Positions 54,470 to 63,710 are shown, counted from the stretch's first letter. The stretch is 64,000 nt of DNA from Deltaproteobacteria bacterium (GCA_002869015.1 PKTT01000002.1:32299-96298), one strand, 5' to 3'. Translations and numbers: made by a program. The notes: generated from the sequence alone by a model not told the origin.

Positions 54470-55852
54470 TCAACCAGCCAAGGGTACGGTAAAGGTGAAT
54501 GTCGCGCCCTTACCCGGAGGCGATTCCACCCAGATATATCCGCCAAGCCGCTCAACTATATCACGGCAGATCGAGAGACCAAGACCCGTACCTAAAGACT
54601 GGTGTTTTTGAGGGTCCCTAAGCTGCTTGAAACGGTCGAATATCTCCCTTAACTTCGATTGATCTATACCGGGTCCCTCATCCGTTACGGAGATTACGGC
54701 AAACCCACCGCGCCGCCTCGCCCTTATAAGTACTTTTGAGCCGAAGGGCGAAAACTTGGAGGCGTTCCCAAGGAGGTTCGTCATCACCTGCATCAACCGG
54801 TCGAAGTCCGCAAGGGCCGGCGGGAGGCTGCGCTCCACATTCACGACAAGTTTCACGCTGTTTTTATCAAAAAGTGCCCGTGTGGCCTGGGTCGCCTTCT
54901 CTACAACTTCCTCAAGGGGTACAGGCACCAACTCTACATCAAGTTTACCAGCTTCTATCTTGGAGTAGTCGAGAAGGTCATTGATCATTCTCGTTAGGCG
55001 GTCCGCCTCGTCATGGATGATCTCCGCAAACTTCCGCCGCTTATCCCTGTCATCGACATCGTAGCGGAGAAAAATCTCCGAAAAAGATTTTATCGAAGTG
55101 AGGGGGGTTCTAAGCTCGTGGCTCACATTTGAGAGGAATTCACTCTTTACCCTATCCAGCTCAAGAAGCCTTTTATTGGCTGCCTCAAGCTCCGCGGTGC
55201 GCTGCCTTACACGTTCTTCCATAACTACGCTGGCGTTATGCACCTGACTATAAAGCCTCGCGTTGACCACTGAGAGGGCCATCTGATTTGCGAGCGCCTG
55301 GAGGAGGGAGACGAATTGCTCACCGAACTTCTCAGGGCCGCGCGTTGAATAAAACATCAAAACCCCAATCGGCTTGCCCTCATGGATCATCGGCACATGC
55401 ACCATGGCTTTTACCGGGAGGGCCATGGAGAGCATTTCAAAGTATGGGGAATGGGGCATTTTGGTAGTGTCGCGCACGACCACCGGCTTGGCATCGAGAA
55501 AAGCCCTGCCGAACATCGTATAACGGGTCGGCACCAGCTTGGTGGCTTCAGCATAGTCGGTATCGAGCCCTATGGCTGCCCTCACCTCAAGCTGGCCCCT
55601 TTCATTTAAAAGCCGGACTCCCATGTGCTGGAAGCCGAAGTTCCTGCGCATGATATCGAGTATTGAGTCAAGCACCTCCGTTAAATCGAAGGATGCGGAG
55701 AGCGTGGATGAGGCTTCATGGAGTACAGAGAGGTCCCTAAGACGCCTTTCAAGCTCTGTGCGCCCCGCCGCAAGCCTTCCAAGGAGCACCCCCGTGAAGA
55801 GAGCGCCCATCGCAAGGCCTATAAAGAGAGCGGCGAGATATATTGAGGCCAT
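54470..55852 (-). CDS. Membrane-anchored GAF-domain sensor histidine kinase
   Basis: One N-terminal TM helix and a GAF region. H-box SHELRTPLTSIKS, N box NLLGNASKF, G1 DEGPGI and G2 GTGLGLSI. Confidence 0.85.
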   Translation of the reverse strand: MASIYLAALFIGLAMGALFTGVLLGRLAAGRTELERRLRDLSVLHEASSTLSASFDLTEVLDSILDIMRRNFGFQHMGVRLLNERGQLEVRAAIGLDTDYAEATKLVPTRYTMFGRAFLDAKPVVVRDTTKMPHSPYFEMLSMALPVKAMVHVPMIHEGKPIGVLMFYSTRGPEKFGEQFVSLLQALANQMALSVVNARLYSQVHNASVVMEERVRQRTAELEAANKRLLELDRVKSEFLSNVSHELRTPLTSIKSFSEIFLRYDVDDRDKRRKFAEIIHDEADRLTRMINDLLDYSKIEAGKLDVELVPVPLEEVVEKATQATRALFDKNSVKLVVNVERSLPPALADFDRLMQVMTNLLGNASKFSPFGSKVLIRARRRGGFAVISVTDEGPGIDQSKLREIFDRFKQLRDPQKHQSLGTGLGLSICRDIVERLGGYIWVESPPGKGATFTFTVPLAG

Positions 55853-55878
55853 AGACTCTCCTCAGCGAACTTTACGCA

Positions 55879-58011
55879 TTAATAACGGGAGTTCTGCCAG
55901 CGCAAGATCAACATCCTGTCGCAGAACGCCTTTGCCTGTGCAAGGGTCCTCACCCCCCTCGCGGCTAGGAGCGGGATGAGTTTTACTAATATCTCAGCGG
56001 TTGCGCGCGCATCCCCCAGGGAGGTATGGCGGCCCTCAATGGTCACCCCCAGCCTGTCGGAGATTGCGTCAAGGCTGTGCCCCTGCAAGTCTCCATGAAC
56101 CCCAAAGGAGAGGAAGAGGGTATCAATAACCGGGTTATCCATAGACACCAGATTATTTTCACGCGCCGCCAATTCGAGAAACTTCATATCGAAGGCGGCA
56201 TTGTGGGCTACAAGCACCGCTTCGCCAACGTACTCTTTGAAGTCCTCAAAAGCTTCACCCATCTTGGGTGCCCCGGCTACCATCTCATCTGTTACGCCGT
56301 GAAATTTTATAGACTCGGGGGGGATTACCATGCCTGGGTCGACGAGGGTATGAAAAACCCCTGAGGAAAGCACTTTGCCCCGCCTGACCCTTACACCGCT
56401 AAGCGAGACGACTCTGTCGCCCTTGGCTGGGCTGAGCCCCGTGGTCTCCGTATCGAAGACGACAAACTCAAGCTCTGAGAGGTCGCGGGAGAGCAGGTCA
56501 CCCGTCTCAAATCCAGGGCGTGCCTGAAATAGGTCGAAATCATAGAACTCGGGCTGGTCGTCCACGATCCTCGCGCCGCCATCCTCCTCTGGCAACAGTG
56601 AGGCCTTCACCATGCCCAAGCGTACCTCGAAGTCATCCCCATGGGAGCGGGTCCAAATCTCGCCCCTGTTACGCCTGACTGCTTCAGTTAAGGAAATCGG
56701 CTCCTCTCCCTCCACCTCTACTGAAAGGTTTTTAAGTTCATCTGGAGAGATATCCTTCGTTCCATTCAGGCTAAAGGTCGTAACAACCATATCTCCCTCC
56801 GCTTCAATAGATGCAAGCAGCGGGCTCCAGCCGTTGGAGTGTGAATCCAGCCAACCTATAACGGTGGACATTGCCGCTACCCAACCAAAGGGTTCAGCAG
56901 CTACCGGCGGCAGGTGTTCGGGCGGATTTGAAAGCTCTGCAAAGACCCCTTTTCTCGCGGCCAGGGCTTCGACAAGTATGGATTGGGCGTCAGCTGGTTG
57001 TCCGGGCCAATAGGCGCTGGGCATTGAGTTAGCTACCTCTTCGCCCTCACCAAGCATTTTCAGGCAGGCGGTAGCCTCTCCATGGAGGGCGGCAGCAAAA
57101 GCAGTGCGTTTCTCTTCGGGAATGTCTTTACGGGTTGCCAGAATCTCCGCGAGAGAGTGCATAGACGATAAAGGCGAACGCAGCATGGAGGGTAGTTTTC
57201 GCAGATGCAGATCAACCCGTTTATCCCGTTCAGCCTCTTCGGTCAAGTCCCTAAAGGCAAGCAGGAACCCGGCTAGCCCATAATTATGCTCGGGCATTAC
57301 CGCCATAACGCCTTTTAGAAGGCGCCCACCTGCGAGGGGAAAGATCACCGGCTCGACCATATCGCGCCTACCCTCATCCCATCCTAGGCGCAGCTGCTTA
57401 AGATGGTACTCAACCCGCTGCGCTGGAAGCACCTGAGTTAATTTTCGTCCAAGCGCAGGGTTGCTCCCGGTGCATAGAGCAGCCCGAGCGCGCGGGTTCA
57501 TCAAGAGGACTTCACCATGCTCATTCAGGACTACTAGCCCCTCTACCATTGTTCTCAAAACCGAGGCAAGGCGGCTCTTCTCCCCCTGTAATGAGACGGT
57601 GACCTCTCTGACCCTATCCTCAAGTTCGCTGTATGCTCCTTCAAGCGCTTCAGCCATAGCGTTGAAATCCGCCGCAAGCGATTCAAGCTCATCCCCGGTG
57701 GAGACGTCTATACGGTGAGAGAGATTGATCCTTGATACTATCTCGGCGCCATGTCTTATTTTGAGGAGCGGCGAGAGCAGCTTGTCAGCAAATCTCCAAG
57801 CAAGGGCTATGCAGACAACGGTAAGTATGCTGCCGAGGACGTAGACTCTTAGCATGAAGTGGGGAGTGGACCCCACAGATTCGGGCAAGGAGGTGAGGAG
57901 CGCCATAACGGCCAGCGCGAAGGGGCAAACCGCCAATAACACTATCGCCGAGACGAGGCGAACGCGAATTCGTTGGGTAAAGGGTATCTGGCGGTCCTGG
58001 GCAGGTGTCAT
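55879..58011 (-). CDS. TM-HAMP-PAS-degenerate histidine-kinase-like protein fused to a C-terminal DEDDh 3'-5' exonuclease (DnaQ/epsilon-like) domain
   Basis: Two TM helices. HAMP (GDELESLAADFNAMAEAL). PAS-like region (LASVLRTMVEGLVVLNEHGEVLLMNPRA). DHp-like SMLRSPLSSMHSLAEIL lacks the H-E dipeptide. CA-like region lacks G1/G2 boxes. Intact exonuclease motifs: FVVFDTETTG (ExoI), VAHNAAFDMKFL (ExoII) and HTSLGDA (ExoIII, H-x4-D). Confidence 0.75.
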   Translation of the reverse strand: MTPAQDRQIPFTQRIRVRLVSAIVLLAVCPFALAVMALLTSLPESVGSTPHFMLRVYVLGSILTVVCIALAWRFADKLLSPLLKIRHGAEIVSRINLSHRIDVSTGDELESLAADFNAMAEALEGAYSELEDRVREVTVSLQGEKSRLASVLRTMVEGLVVLNEHGEVLLMNPRARAALCTGSNPALGRKLTQVLPAQRVEYHLKQLRLGWDEGRRDMVEPVIFPLAGGRLLKGVMAVMPEHNYGLAGFLLAFRDLTEEAERDKRVDLHLRKLPSMLRSPLSSMHSLAEILATRKDIPEEKRTAFAAALHGEATACLKMLGEGEEVANSMPSAYWPGQPADAQSILVEALAARKGVFAELSNPPEHLPPVAAEPFGWVAAMSTVIGWLDSHSNGWSPLLASIEAEGDMVVTTFSLNGTKDISPDELKNLSVEVEGEEPISLTEAVRRNRGEIWTRSHGDDFEVRLGMVKASLLPEEDGGARIVDDQPEFYDFDLFQARPGFETGDLLSRDLSELEFVVFDTETTGLSPAKGDRVVSLSGVRVRRGKVLSSGVFHTLVDPGMVIPPESIKFHGVTDEMVAGAPKMGEAFEDFKEYVGEAVLVAHNAAFDMKFLELAARENNLVSMDNPVIDTLFLSFGVHGDLQGHSLDAISDRLGVTIEGRHTSLGDARATAEILVKLIPLLAARGVRTLAQAKAFCDRMLILRWQNSRY

Positions 58012-58373
58012 TTTTCCAACAAGGCGTTAATCTCCGCCACCAACTCACCGGCATGAAAGGGTTTAGTTATGTAGGCGTCCGCTCCAACCTCAAGACCTTT
58101 TTTGCGCTCAAGGGGCTGGCCCTTAGCCGTAAGCATAATCACTTTGGGGGGTGCATCCTGGGATTTTAGTAAACGGCAGACCTCATAGCCGTCGCGGCGG
58201 GGCATCGCAACGTCGAGCAGCACTATGCCCGGCTCAAAGCTTTTTGCTGCCTCCAAAGCCTCTTCACCATCTCCTGCGGTCTTTACCTCGAACCCCTCCT
58301 CCTCAAGGATGAACTCTAAAGACAAGAGAATATTTGGTTCATCGTCAACGACGAGGACCTTCTTCATGGACAT
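58008..58373 (-). CDS. Stand-alone receiver-domain response regulator (CheY-like)
   Basis: KKVLVVDDE...VLLDVAMPRRDG...MLTAKG...KPF motifs. ATG at 58373 is preceded by GGGAGG. The stop overlaps the start of the exonuclease-sensor gene (ATGA). Confidence 0.85.
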   Translation of the reverse strand: MSMKKVLVVDDEPNILLSLEFILEEEGFEVKTAGDGEEALEAAKSFEPGIVLLDVAMPRRDGYEVCRLLKSQDAPPKVIMLTAKGQPLERKKGLEVGADAYITKPFHAGELVAEINALLEK

Positions 58374-58538
58374 CCGAGACCTCCCGAATCGCCTTGCGAG
58401 CACGGCTGAAATGAAAATATTTCAACTGTAAAACCTTATTTTATTTTGGCTTATCAGTCAATCCGCTTTATCCATTCTAACCTCTGCGGTGCGGCAATCG
58501 CGTTGACAGGCGCACTGGTTGCCCGCTAGGATCAGCCA

Positions 58539-59126
58539 ATGTCCAACAACCCTCATAGACGATTCAAAAGTTCGCCGAAAAGGCGATACCTCCCCCTAGC
58601 CATAGCCGTCTTACTCGGTCTGGGCATTGGTTTATGGACCTCGCACCTCCTGGAAGTTCGCGCCAAGGAGCAGGGTGAGGAGCTATCCCAAACCGTGATC
58701 TCCCTTGTCGGTCAGGCGGCGAAGTTAAAAGAGACAAGGGAGCTTGATGAAGCGCGAAACCTTCTCAAAGCAGCGCTAAAGATGATGGAGCCGGCACCGG
58801 AGCTCCACCAGTCAGAGCCCTATATTAATGTCCTGACAAGCCTCGCGGCCCTTGAGTTGTCAGAAAGTTCGCCGGAGGAAGAGGGGGTGGCGCAAGCTAT
58901 ACAGTACCTCGAAGATGCCTGGAAGTACTCTTCCGGCGCAAAAGATAAAATTCGCGCAACCATAGCCAAAGAGAGAGCTTTTGCCGAGCTGCTCAGCGCC
59001 AATATGGATGATGCGATTCTCTGGCTCAACCGAGCTGCTGACCTTGACCCCGATGAGGAGGAGGTGGTTAAGCAGGTTGAGGTTGTCGAGCGCTATAAAA
59101 GCTGGAGAGAGAGGATCAAGAGGTAG
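58539..59126 (+). CDS. Hypothetical membrane-anchored TPR-like protein
   Basis: Basic N-terminus, one TM helix (YLPLAIAVLLGLGIGLW), then helical repeats (EARNLLKAALKMM; AIQYLEDAWKY; DAILWLNRAADLDP). No family recognised. Confidence 0.45.
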   Translation: MSNNPHRRFKSSPKRRYLPLAIAVLLGLGIGLWTSHLLEVRAKEQGEELSQTVISLVGQAAKLKETRELDEARNLLKAALKMMEPAPELHQSEPYINVLTSLAALELSESSPEEEGVAQAIQYLEDAWKYSSGAKDKIRATIAKERAFAELLSANMDDAILWLNRAADLDPDEEEVVKQVEVVERYKSWRERIKR

Positions 59127-60393
59127 GGGGCGCTCCCCTTTTGGATGGCCGACGACGACGGCGTCCACTTCTTTTGCGAGGCTTTTTTTTCTGGTCTAGA
59201 GGAGTATTCCGCTCTTCTAAATATGACCCCCAATACCCAGCCGCACTGCTTTGACTATCGTCAAAAGCGGCCCAAAGAGAATAAAACTCCCAAGCCTCCG
59301 CAAAATCTTTACGTCTGGCGAACTTGCCCTTTGCCCTGTAGTGTTTGCCCTTAGCGAACCGGTAGCAGGAGAGAATTATCTCCTTTGCCTGATGGCGGAT
59401 ATGCGCTGATATCTGGTAACGGGCGCATAGAGGGGTTACGACTTCCGTAATAGCAGGGGCAGCTTCATCCAGTCTAGCCTCGCCGGTGAGGGGGTAATGG
59501 TTAACCACTGTTGGCAGGGCAAGCGCCGCTATATATCGGTACTCCTGTTGGGAGCGGCCTTTTTTGCTCTCATCGTCCAGGGGTTTTAGCAGGTGATATA
59601 TACCATCCGAAACCTCAACTTCGGGGTATAGATGTTCGAAAAGACCCAGGCGGGAGGCCTCGCGGAAAACCTCCCCGACTATACCCAGATGCTGCATCTG
59701 CCGCACCTCATCCCTCAGCCTGGCAGGAGATGACTCCGAGATAAGGTGCGCGTTTGCCTTTATACCCGATGCAGTTTTGCGCTCAATTGTGAACCCCAGC
59801 CTTGCAGCAAATTCAATAGCTCTTAACATTCTTACGGGGTCTTCAGAGAACCTCTCATCAGGCTCACCGATCAACCGTATTTTTTTGCTCTCAAGGTCGG
59901 AGAGTCCCCCGGCATAGTCGATAATGGAAAAATCATCGAAATTGTAAAGCAGCGCGTTGATTGTGAAGTCGCGTCGCATTGCGTCATCTTCAGGAGAGCC
60001 GAATACCGCCCCGGTTTTATCTCTGTCCTCTGAGGTAAGGTGGCTATCATCCTCCATCTTCTCCAGACCCCTGAAAGTTGTCACCTCAACAATCTTGTCA
60101 GGTGCACCTTTTCGGCGGAAGAACACGTGGGCAAGCCTGAAACGTCTGCCAATGAGCCTACAGTTTCTAAAGAGAGCTTTGACCTCGCTTGGGCGGGCAT
60201 TGGTGCCGATGTCAAAATCTTTAGGTTCTCGCCCAAGAAGTATGTCTCTAACCGCGCCTCCTACTATATAAGCGAGATAACCCGAGCGGCGTAGCCGCCT
60301 CAACACCCAGAGCGCATCGTCATCGACCAGCGAGCGGCTAAGAGTATGCTCAGGCCGGGCTAAAGTAATGGGAAGTTTCTTTTTTGGCGTCAT
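59116..60393 (-). CDS. pcnB: Poly(A) polymerase I / CCA-adding enzyme family nucleotidyltransferase
   Basis: AYIVGGAVRDILLGREPKDFDIGT catalytic motif, RRDFTINAL, and a basic C-terminal tail (KKKPRKRSGRRRRRPSKR). ATG at 60393 is supported by an extended -10 element (TGTTACAAT) at 60445-60453 on the minus strand. Confidence 0.8.
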   Translation of the reverse strand: MTPKKKLPITLARPEHTLSRSLVDDDALWVLRRLRRSGYLAYIVGGAVRDILLGREPKDFDIGTNARPSEVKALFRNCRLIGRRFRLAHVFFRRKGAPDKIVEVTTFRGLEKMEDDSHLTSEDRDKTGAVFGSPEDDAMRRDFTINALLYNFDDFSIIDYAGGLSDLESKKIRLIGEPDERFSEDPVRMLRAIEFAARLGFTIERKTASGIKANAHLISESSPARLRDEVRQMQHLGIVGEVFREASRLGLFEHLYPEVEVSDGIYHLLKPLDDESKKGRSQQEYRYIAALALPTVVNHYPLTGEARLDEAAPAITEVVTPLCARYQISAHIRHQAKEIILSCYRFAKGKHYRAKGKFARRKDFAEAWEFYSLWAAFDDSQSSAAGYWGSYLEERNTPLDQKKKPRKRSGRRRRRPSKRGAPPTS

Positions 60394-60444
60394 GGCTCTT
60401 TCTGTAATGCATTTAACAGCTGAAATGGTCTTTTGCTGGCGCGC

Positions 60445-60453
60445 ATTGTAACA
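60445..60453 (-). promoter_or_regulatory. Extended -10 promoter element for pcnB
   Basis: Minus strand TGtTACAAT, about 50 nt upstream of ATG 60393. No good -35 element. Confidence 0.35.
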
Positions 60454-60569
60454 AAATCGACACCTTGGAGCGAGGATTGTTGCCGATGCCACAAATTTAA
60501 ACCATTGGCTCAATGCATCCGTCAAAGATGTGGTTATGTTTAAGGGGGCAATTTCTTCGTCACTTAAGT

Positions 60570-60597
60570 TTGAAAACTTCCACACAAGTTGTAAAAT
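60570..60597 (+). promoter_or_regulatory. Sigma-70 promoter for the DsbC-like gene cluster
   Basis: TTGAAA (60570-60575), a 16-nt spacer ending in TG, then TAAAAT (60592-60597). GGAGGG at 60621-60626 lies 6 nt before the TTG start at 60633. Confidence 0.5.
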
Positions 60598-60632
60598 GCC
60601 GTTGTTACTAATTTTTTAGCGGAGGGTTTGGA

Positions 60633-61421
60633 TTGAATTACAAGGCTTTTAAAATACTTCTTTTCGTGAGCATGCTAACTCTTATTGCCTCAGCGGCTTT
60701 TGCCTTCGGCGGATGCAGCGAAGGTGAATGCAAGGACTGTCACAGTTTATCGATTGAGCAAGCGCAGGAGGCGATTGAGCCCCTTGGAGTAAAATCAGAG
60801 GTCACTGATGTAAGGTTTTCAAGCGTGCCGGGGCTTTGGGAGGTTGACGTCACCGACAAAAAAGGTGGCAAGATACCCGTTTACCTGGACTTTTCCCTAA
60901 ATTACCTGATACAGGGCGACATAATTGAGATAGCGACCCGCCAGTCTCTGACGAGGATGCGCCACGCCGAGCTTAACCGCATAAACCCCTCAGTAATTCC
61001 TCTCGAAGACGCTGTGGTACTTGGCGACCCCGAGGCAAAGCACAGGGTCATCGTATTCGATGACCCCGAATGCCCGTTCTGCAAAAAAATGCAGGCGGAG
61101 ATGCATAAGGTTGTGGAGGAGCGAAAGGATATAGCCTTCTTCATCAAGATGCTTCCCCTTAAGATCCATCCCAATGCGCGCGATAAGGCGAAGACGATAA
61201 TCTGCGAAAAATCAATTGAACTTCTGGATAAAAGCCTTGCCGGAGAGGAACTGCCGCCCCCGACATGCGAGACCGACGTCATAGAGAAGAATGAAGATTT
61301 GGCTGCCGGCCTTGGAATAAAATCTACACCCACGATAATACTCCCAGATGGGCGCATATTTCCGGGTGCCAAGAGAGCCGAGGATATAATCTCATTCGTA
61401 GACAACCCGATTGATGATTAA
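60633..61421 (+). CDS. DsbC/DsbG-like periplasmic thiol:disulfide interchange protein
   Basis: Signal peptide, N-terminal dimerisation-type domain, and thioredoxin fold with active site CPFC (DDPECPFCKK). An extra N-terminal CSEGECKDC motif. Confidence 0.75.
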   Translation: MNYKAFKILLFVSMLTLIASAAFAFGGCSEGECKDCHSLSIEQAQEAIEPLGVKSEVTDVRFSSVPGLWEVDVTDKKGGKIPVYLDFSLNYLIQGDIIEIATRQSLTRMRHAELNRINPSVIPLEDAVVLGDPEAKHRVIVFDDPECPFCKKMQAEMHKVVEERKDIAFFIKMLPLKIHPNARDKAKTIICEKSIELLDKSLAGEELPPPTCETDVIEKNEDLAAGLGIKSTPTIILPDGRIFPGAKRAEDIISFVDNPIDD

Positions 61422-61440
61422 AGCACATTGGTGTTGACCC

Positions 61441-62190
61441 ATGACCCGAAAAAAAGCCTTCGCGATCCACCTGGGGTTCAGCTTCCTAATTCTCTCTGCG
61501 GTGGTGACGGTTTTTTCACTTTGGTGGTTTCCACCGCCCTACTTTTTCACTGAGGGCGGCTGGAAACTTCTGCGGTTGATACTAATTGTGGATGTATCAA
61601 TCGGGCCGCTTCTCACACTTATCGTCTTCAATACCAGCAAACCAAAAAAGGAGCTTAAAAGGGACGTCTCGATTATCGTCCTTATTCAAATCGTAGCACT
61701 CGCAAGCGGTTTATTCACCGTCTATCTACAGCGCACATCTGCCGTGGTATATGCAGATGGATATCTCTACACAATGGATTATCAGAGCGCATCTGAGATT
61801 CCCGGGCTCCTTGATCTGCCCGCAGCGGATAGCGGCCCAATTTATGCTGTCATTGACCTCCCAAAAGACTTGGACGGTCGCCAACGGCTAAGGTACGAAT
61901 CACTCCGCAAGGGCGTTCCTTTATATAGCCATTCGGAACTTTTAATTCCGCTAGCTGAAAAGGGGCGTGAGGAAATTGAGTATTCGATGCTATCCCTTAA
62001 AGAAATTCTTGGGAAATATGAGAAAGGCCGCGACAATATATTGACAAAAATTTCAGAGACAGGTCTGAATGATGAGGAGCTCTTCATACTCCCCGCTTAT
62101 GGCCGCATAACGACCTTTATACTCCTTATGGAACGGAGCACCTTGAAGGTTGTGGGCTACGTACCCGATGTTAAAGGTGAAAATACCTGA
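61441..62190 (+). CDS. Hypothetical membrane protein (three TM helices plus a soluble C-terminal domain)
   Basis: Hydrophobic segments FAIHLGFSFLILSAVVTVFSLWWF, LLRLILIVDVSIGPLLTLIVF and VSIIVLIQIVALASGLFTVYL. No confident family assignment. Confidence 0.45.
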   Translation: MTRKKAFAIHLGFSFLILSAVVTVFSLWWFPPPYFFTEGGWKLLRLILIVDVSIGPLLTLIVFNTSKPKKELKRDVSIIVLIQIVALASGLFTVYLQRTSAVVYADGYLYTMDYQSASEIPGLLDLPAADSGPIYAVIDLPKDLDGRQRLRYESLRKGVPLYSHSELLIPLAEKGREEIEYSMLSLKEILGKYEKGRDNILTKISETGLNDEELFILPAYGRITTFILLMERSTLKVVGYVPDVKGENT

Positions 62191-62237
62191 CACCCCTACC
62201 CTTTGCCGCCCTCCCTGTTATGCTTAGATGAGGAGGG

Positions 62238-63710
62238 ATGCCGATGGCACAATATCAATACGACATTGGAATATTAGGAGGAGGCTCCGCTGGCCTAACC
62301 GTCGCTGCTGGAGGGGCACGTTTTGGGGCAAAGACCATTCTCATTGAAAAGAGCGGTAAACTCGGCGGTGACTGTCTACATTACGGCTGCGTACCCTCAA
62401 AAACCCTTATCAGAAGTGCCGAGGTGTGGGCAGCGGCCAGGCGCTCAGTTGAATTCGGTTTGCCATCGCTAACGCTTCCCCCTGTTGACTTGAAAAATGT
62501 GATGGACCGTGTACGGGATGTTATATCCAAAATACAGCCCCATGACTCCCCGGAGAGGTTCTGTTCGCTTGGCGTTGAGACACACTTTGGCGATGCCTCA
62601 TTCAGTGGGCCTCACACACTCTTGCTTGATGGTGAAGAGATAAGCGCTAAGAACTGGGTGATAGCCACAGGCTCAAGGCCAGCCACACCACCGGTTAAGG
62701 GTCTGGATGACCTTGACTATCTAACCAACGAGACGATCTTCAACTTAAAGACACTTCCTAAAAAACTTTTGATACTTGGCGGGGGCCCAATAGGCATTGA
62801 GTTCGCACAGGCCTTTTCCAGCCTTGGCTCTGAAGTAACCATCATAGAGTTCATGGATACGCTTATGCCCAGGGAGGACGAATCAATATCCAAAGCGTTG
62901 ATAGGGCTATTGAAGGCAAGCGGCATCGAGCTTATGACATCAACTGCGGCAAAGGAGGTGCGCCGTGAGGGAGGTAAGGTCATCCTCTCGGTAGCGCCCA
63001 GCGATGGAGGAGCGGCAAGGGATATCTTCGGCGACGAGCTTTTAATAGCGACTGGAAGAAGACCAAATGTTGAGGGCCTTGGCCTTGAGAAAGCGGGAGT
63101 TGAGTATACCCGAAGGGGCATAACAATAGATGCCAGAACCCGTACCAGCGCCAAACATATATACGCCTGCGGCGACGTTACGGGGGAGATGAACTTTACA
63201 CACGTTGCTGGGTATCACGGTTCGACCGCTTTGACAAATATGGTTCTCCATTTACCCAAGAAGCTCGATTACTCGAAGGTCCCCTGGTGCATCTACACTT
63301 CACCGGAAATTGCCGGCGTGGGGATAAGCGAACGTGAAGCAATTGAGCAGGGGATAAAATACAGGGTGCTGGAGGAGCGGTTCTCGCAAAATGACCGCGC
63401 CATTGCAGAGGGCGCGGAAGGCGGTTTCCTGCGGATAATTGCTTCACCAAAAGGAAAGGTGCTGGGGGCAAGGGTCGTGGGAGCCAATGCCGGGGAGTTG
63501 ATTCACGAGTGGGTTGTCGCCATGAACGGGAAGCTGAAACTTTCGACGGTCGCAGGGGCGGTTCACGCATACCCAACCTTGTCGGAGATATCCAAGCGCG
63601 CTTCGGGTAGCTTCTATGAAGAAGCCCTCTTTGGGAAACGCACAACCTGGCTCCTTCGCCTCCTCTTCGGTCTCAAAGGAAGCGCATGCGTTAGCCCCGA
63701 GGAAGATTAA
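62238..63710 (+). CDS. Class I pyridine nucleotide-disulfide oxidoreductase (dihydrolipoyl dehydrogenase / mercuric reductase-like)
   Basis: FAD-binding GILGGGSAG, redox-active disulfide GGDCLHYGCVPSK, NAD-binding LILGGGPIGIEFA, and C-terminal interface HAYPTLSE. Confidence 0.85.
   Translation: MPMAQYQYDIGILGGGSAGLTVAAGGARFGAKTILIEKSGKLGGDCLHYGCVPSKTLIRSAEVWAAARRSVEFGLPSLTLPPVDLKNVMDRVRDVISKIQPHDSPERFCSLGVETHFGDASFSGPHTLLLDGEEISAKNWVIATGSRPATPPVKGLDDLDYLTNETIFNLKTLPKKLLILGGGPIGIEFAQAFSSLGSEVTIIEFMDTLMPREDESISKALIGLLKASGIELMTSTAAKEVRREGGKVILSVAPSDGGAARDIFGDELLIATGRRPNVEGLGLEKAGVEYTRRGITIDARTRTSAKHIYACGDVTGEMNFTHVAGYHGSTALTNMVLHLPKKLDYSKVPWCIYTSPEIAGVGISEREAIEQGIKYRVLEERFSQNDRAIAEGAEGGFLRIIASPKGKVLGARVVGANAGELIHEWVVAMNGKLKLSTVAGAVHAYPTLSEISKRASGSFYEEALFGKRTTWLLRLLFGLKGSACVSPEED

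Noticed and set aside
58508-58523. Sigma-54-like GG-N10-GC element (aGGCGCactggTTGCc) upstream of the TPR-like gene. It overlaps a TTGACA-N18-TAGGAT sigma-70-like pair.
   Set aside because: It has four mismatches at defined positions, and the -12 element lies only about 17 nt from the ATG at 58539. That leaves essentially no leader or ribosome-binding site. The evidence is too weak to call either promoter type.
60394-60585. Long N-terminal extensions suggested by the ORF track. Examples are pcnB to 60585, pilR to 16476, xth to 30069, prmA from 29958, cbiG to 50287, DUF711 to 48139, cbiX to 54433 and ribF to 24004.
   Set aside because: The extensions overlap neighbouring genes or promoter-like elements and lack family-conserved sequence. 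Internal ATGs with Shine-Dalgarno motifs or operon-style overlaps fit better.
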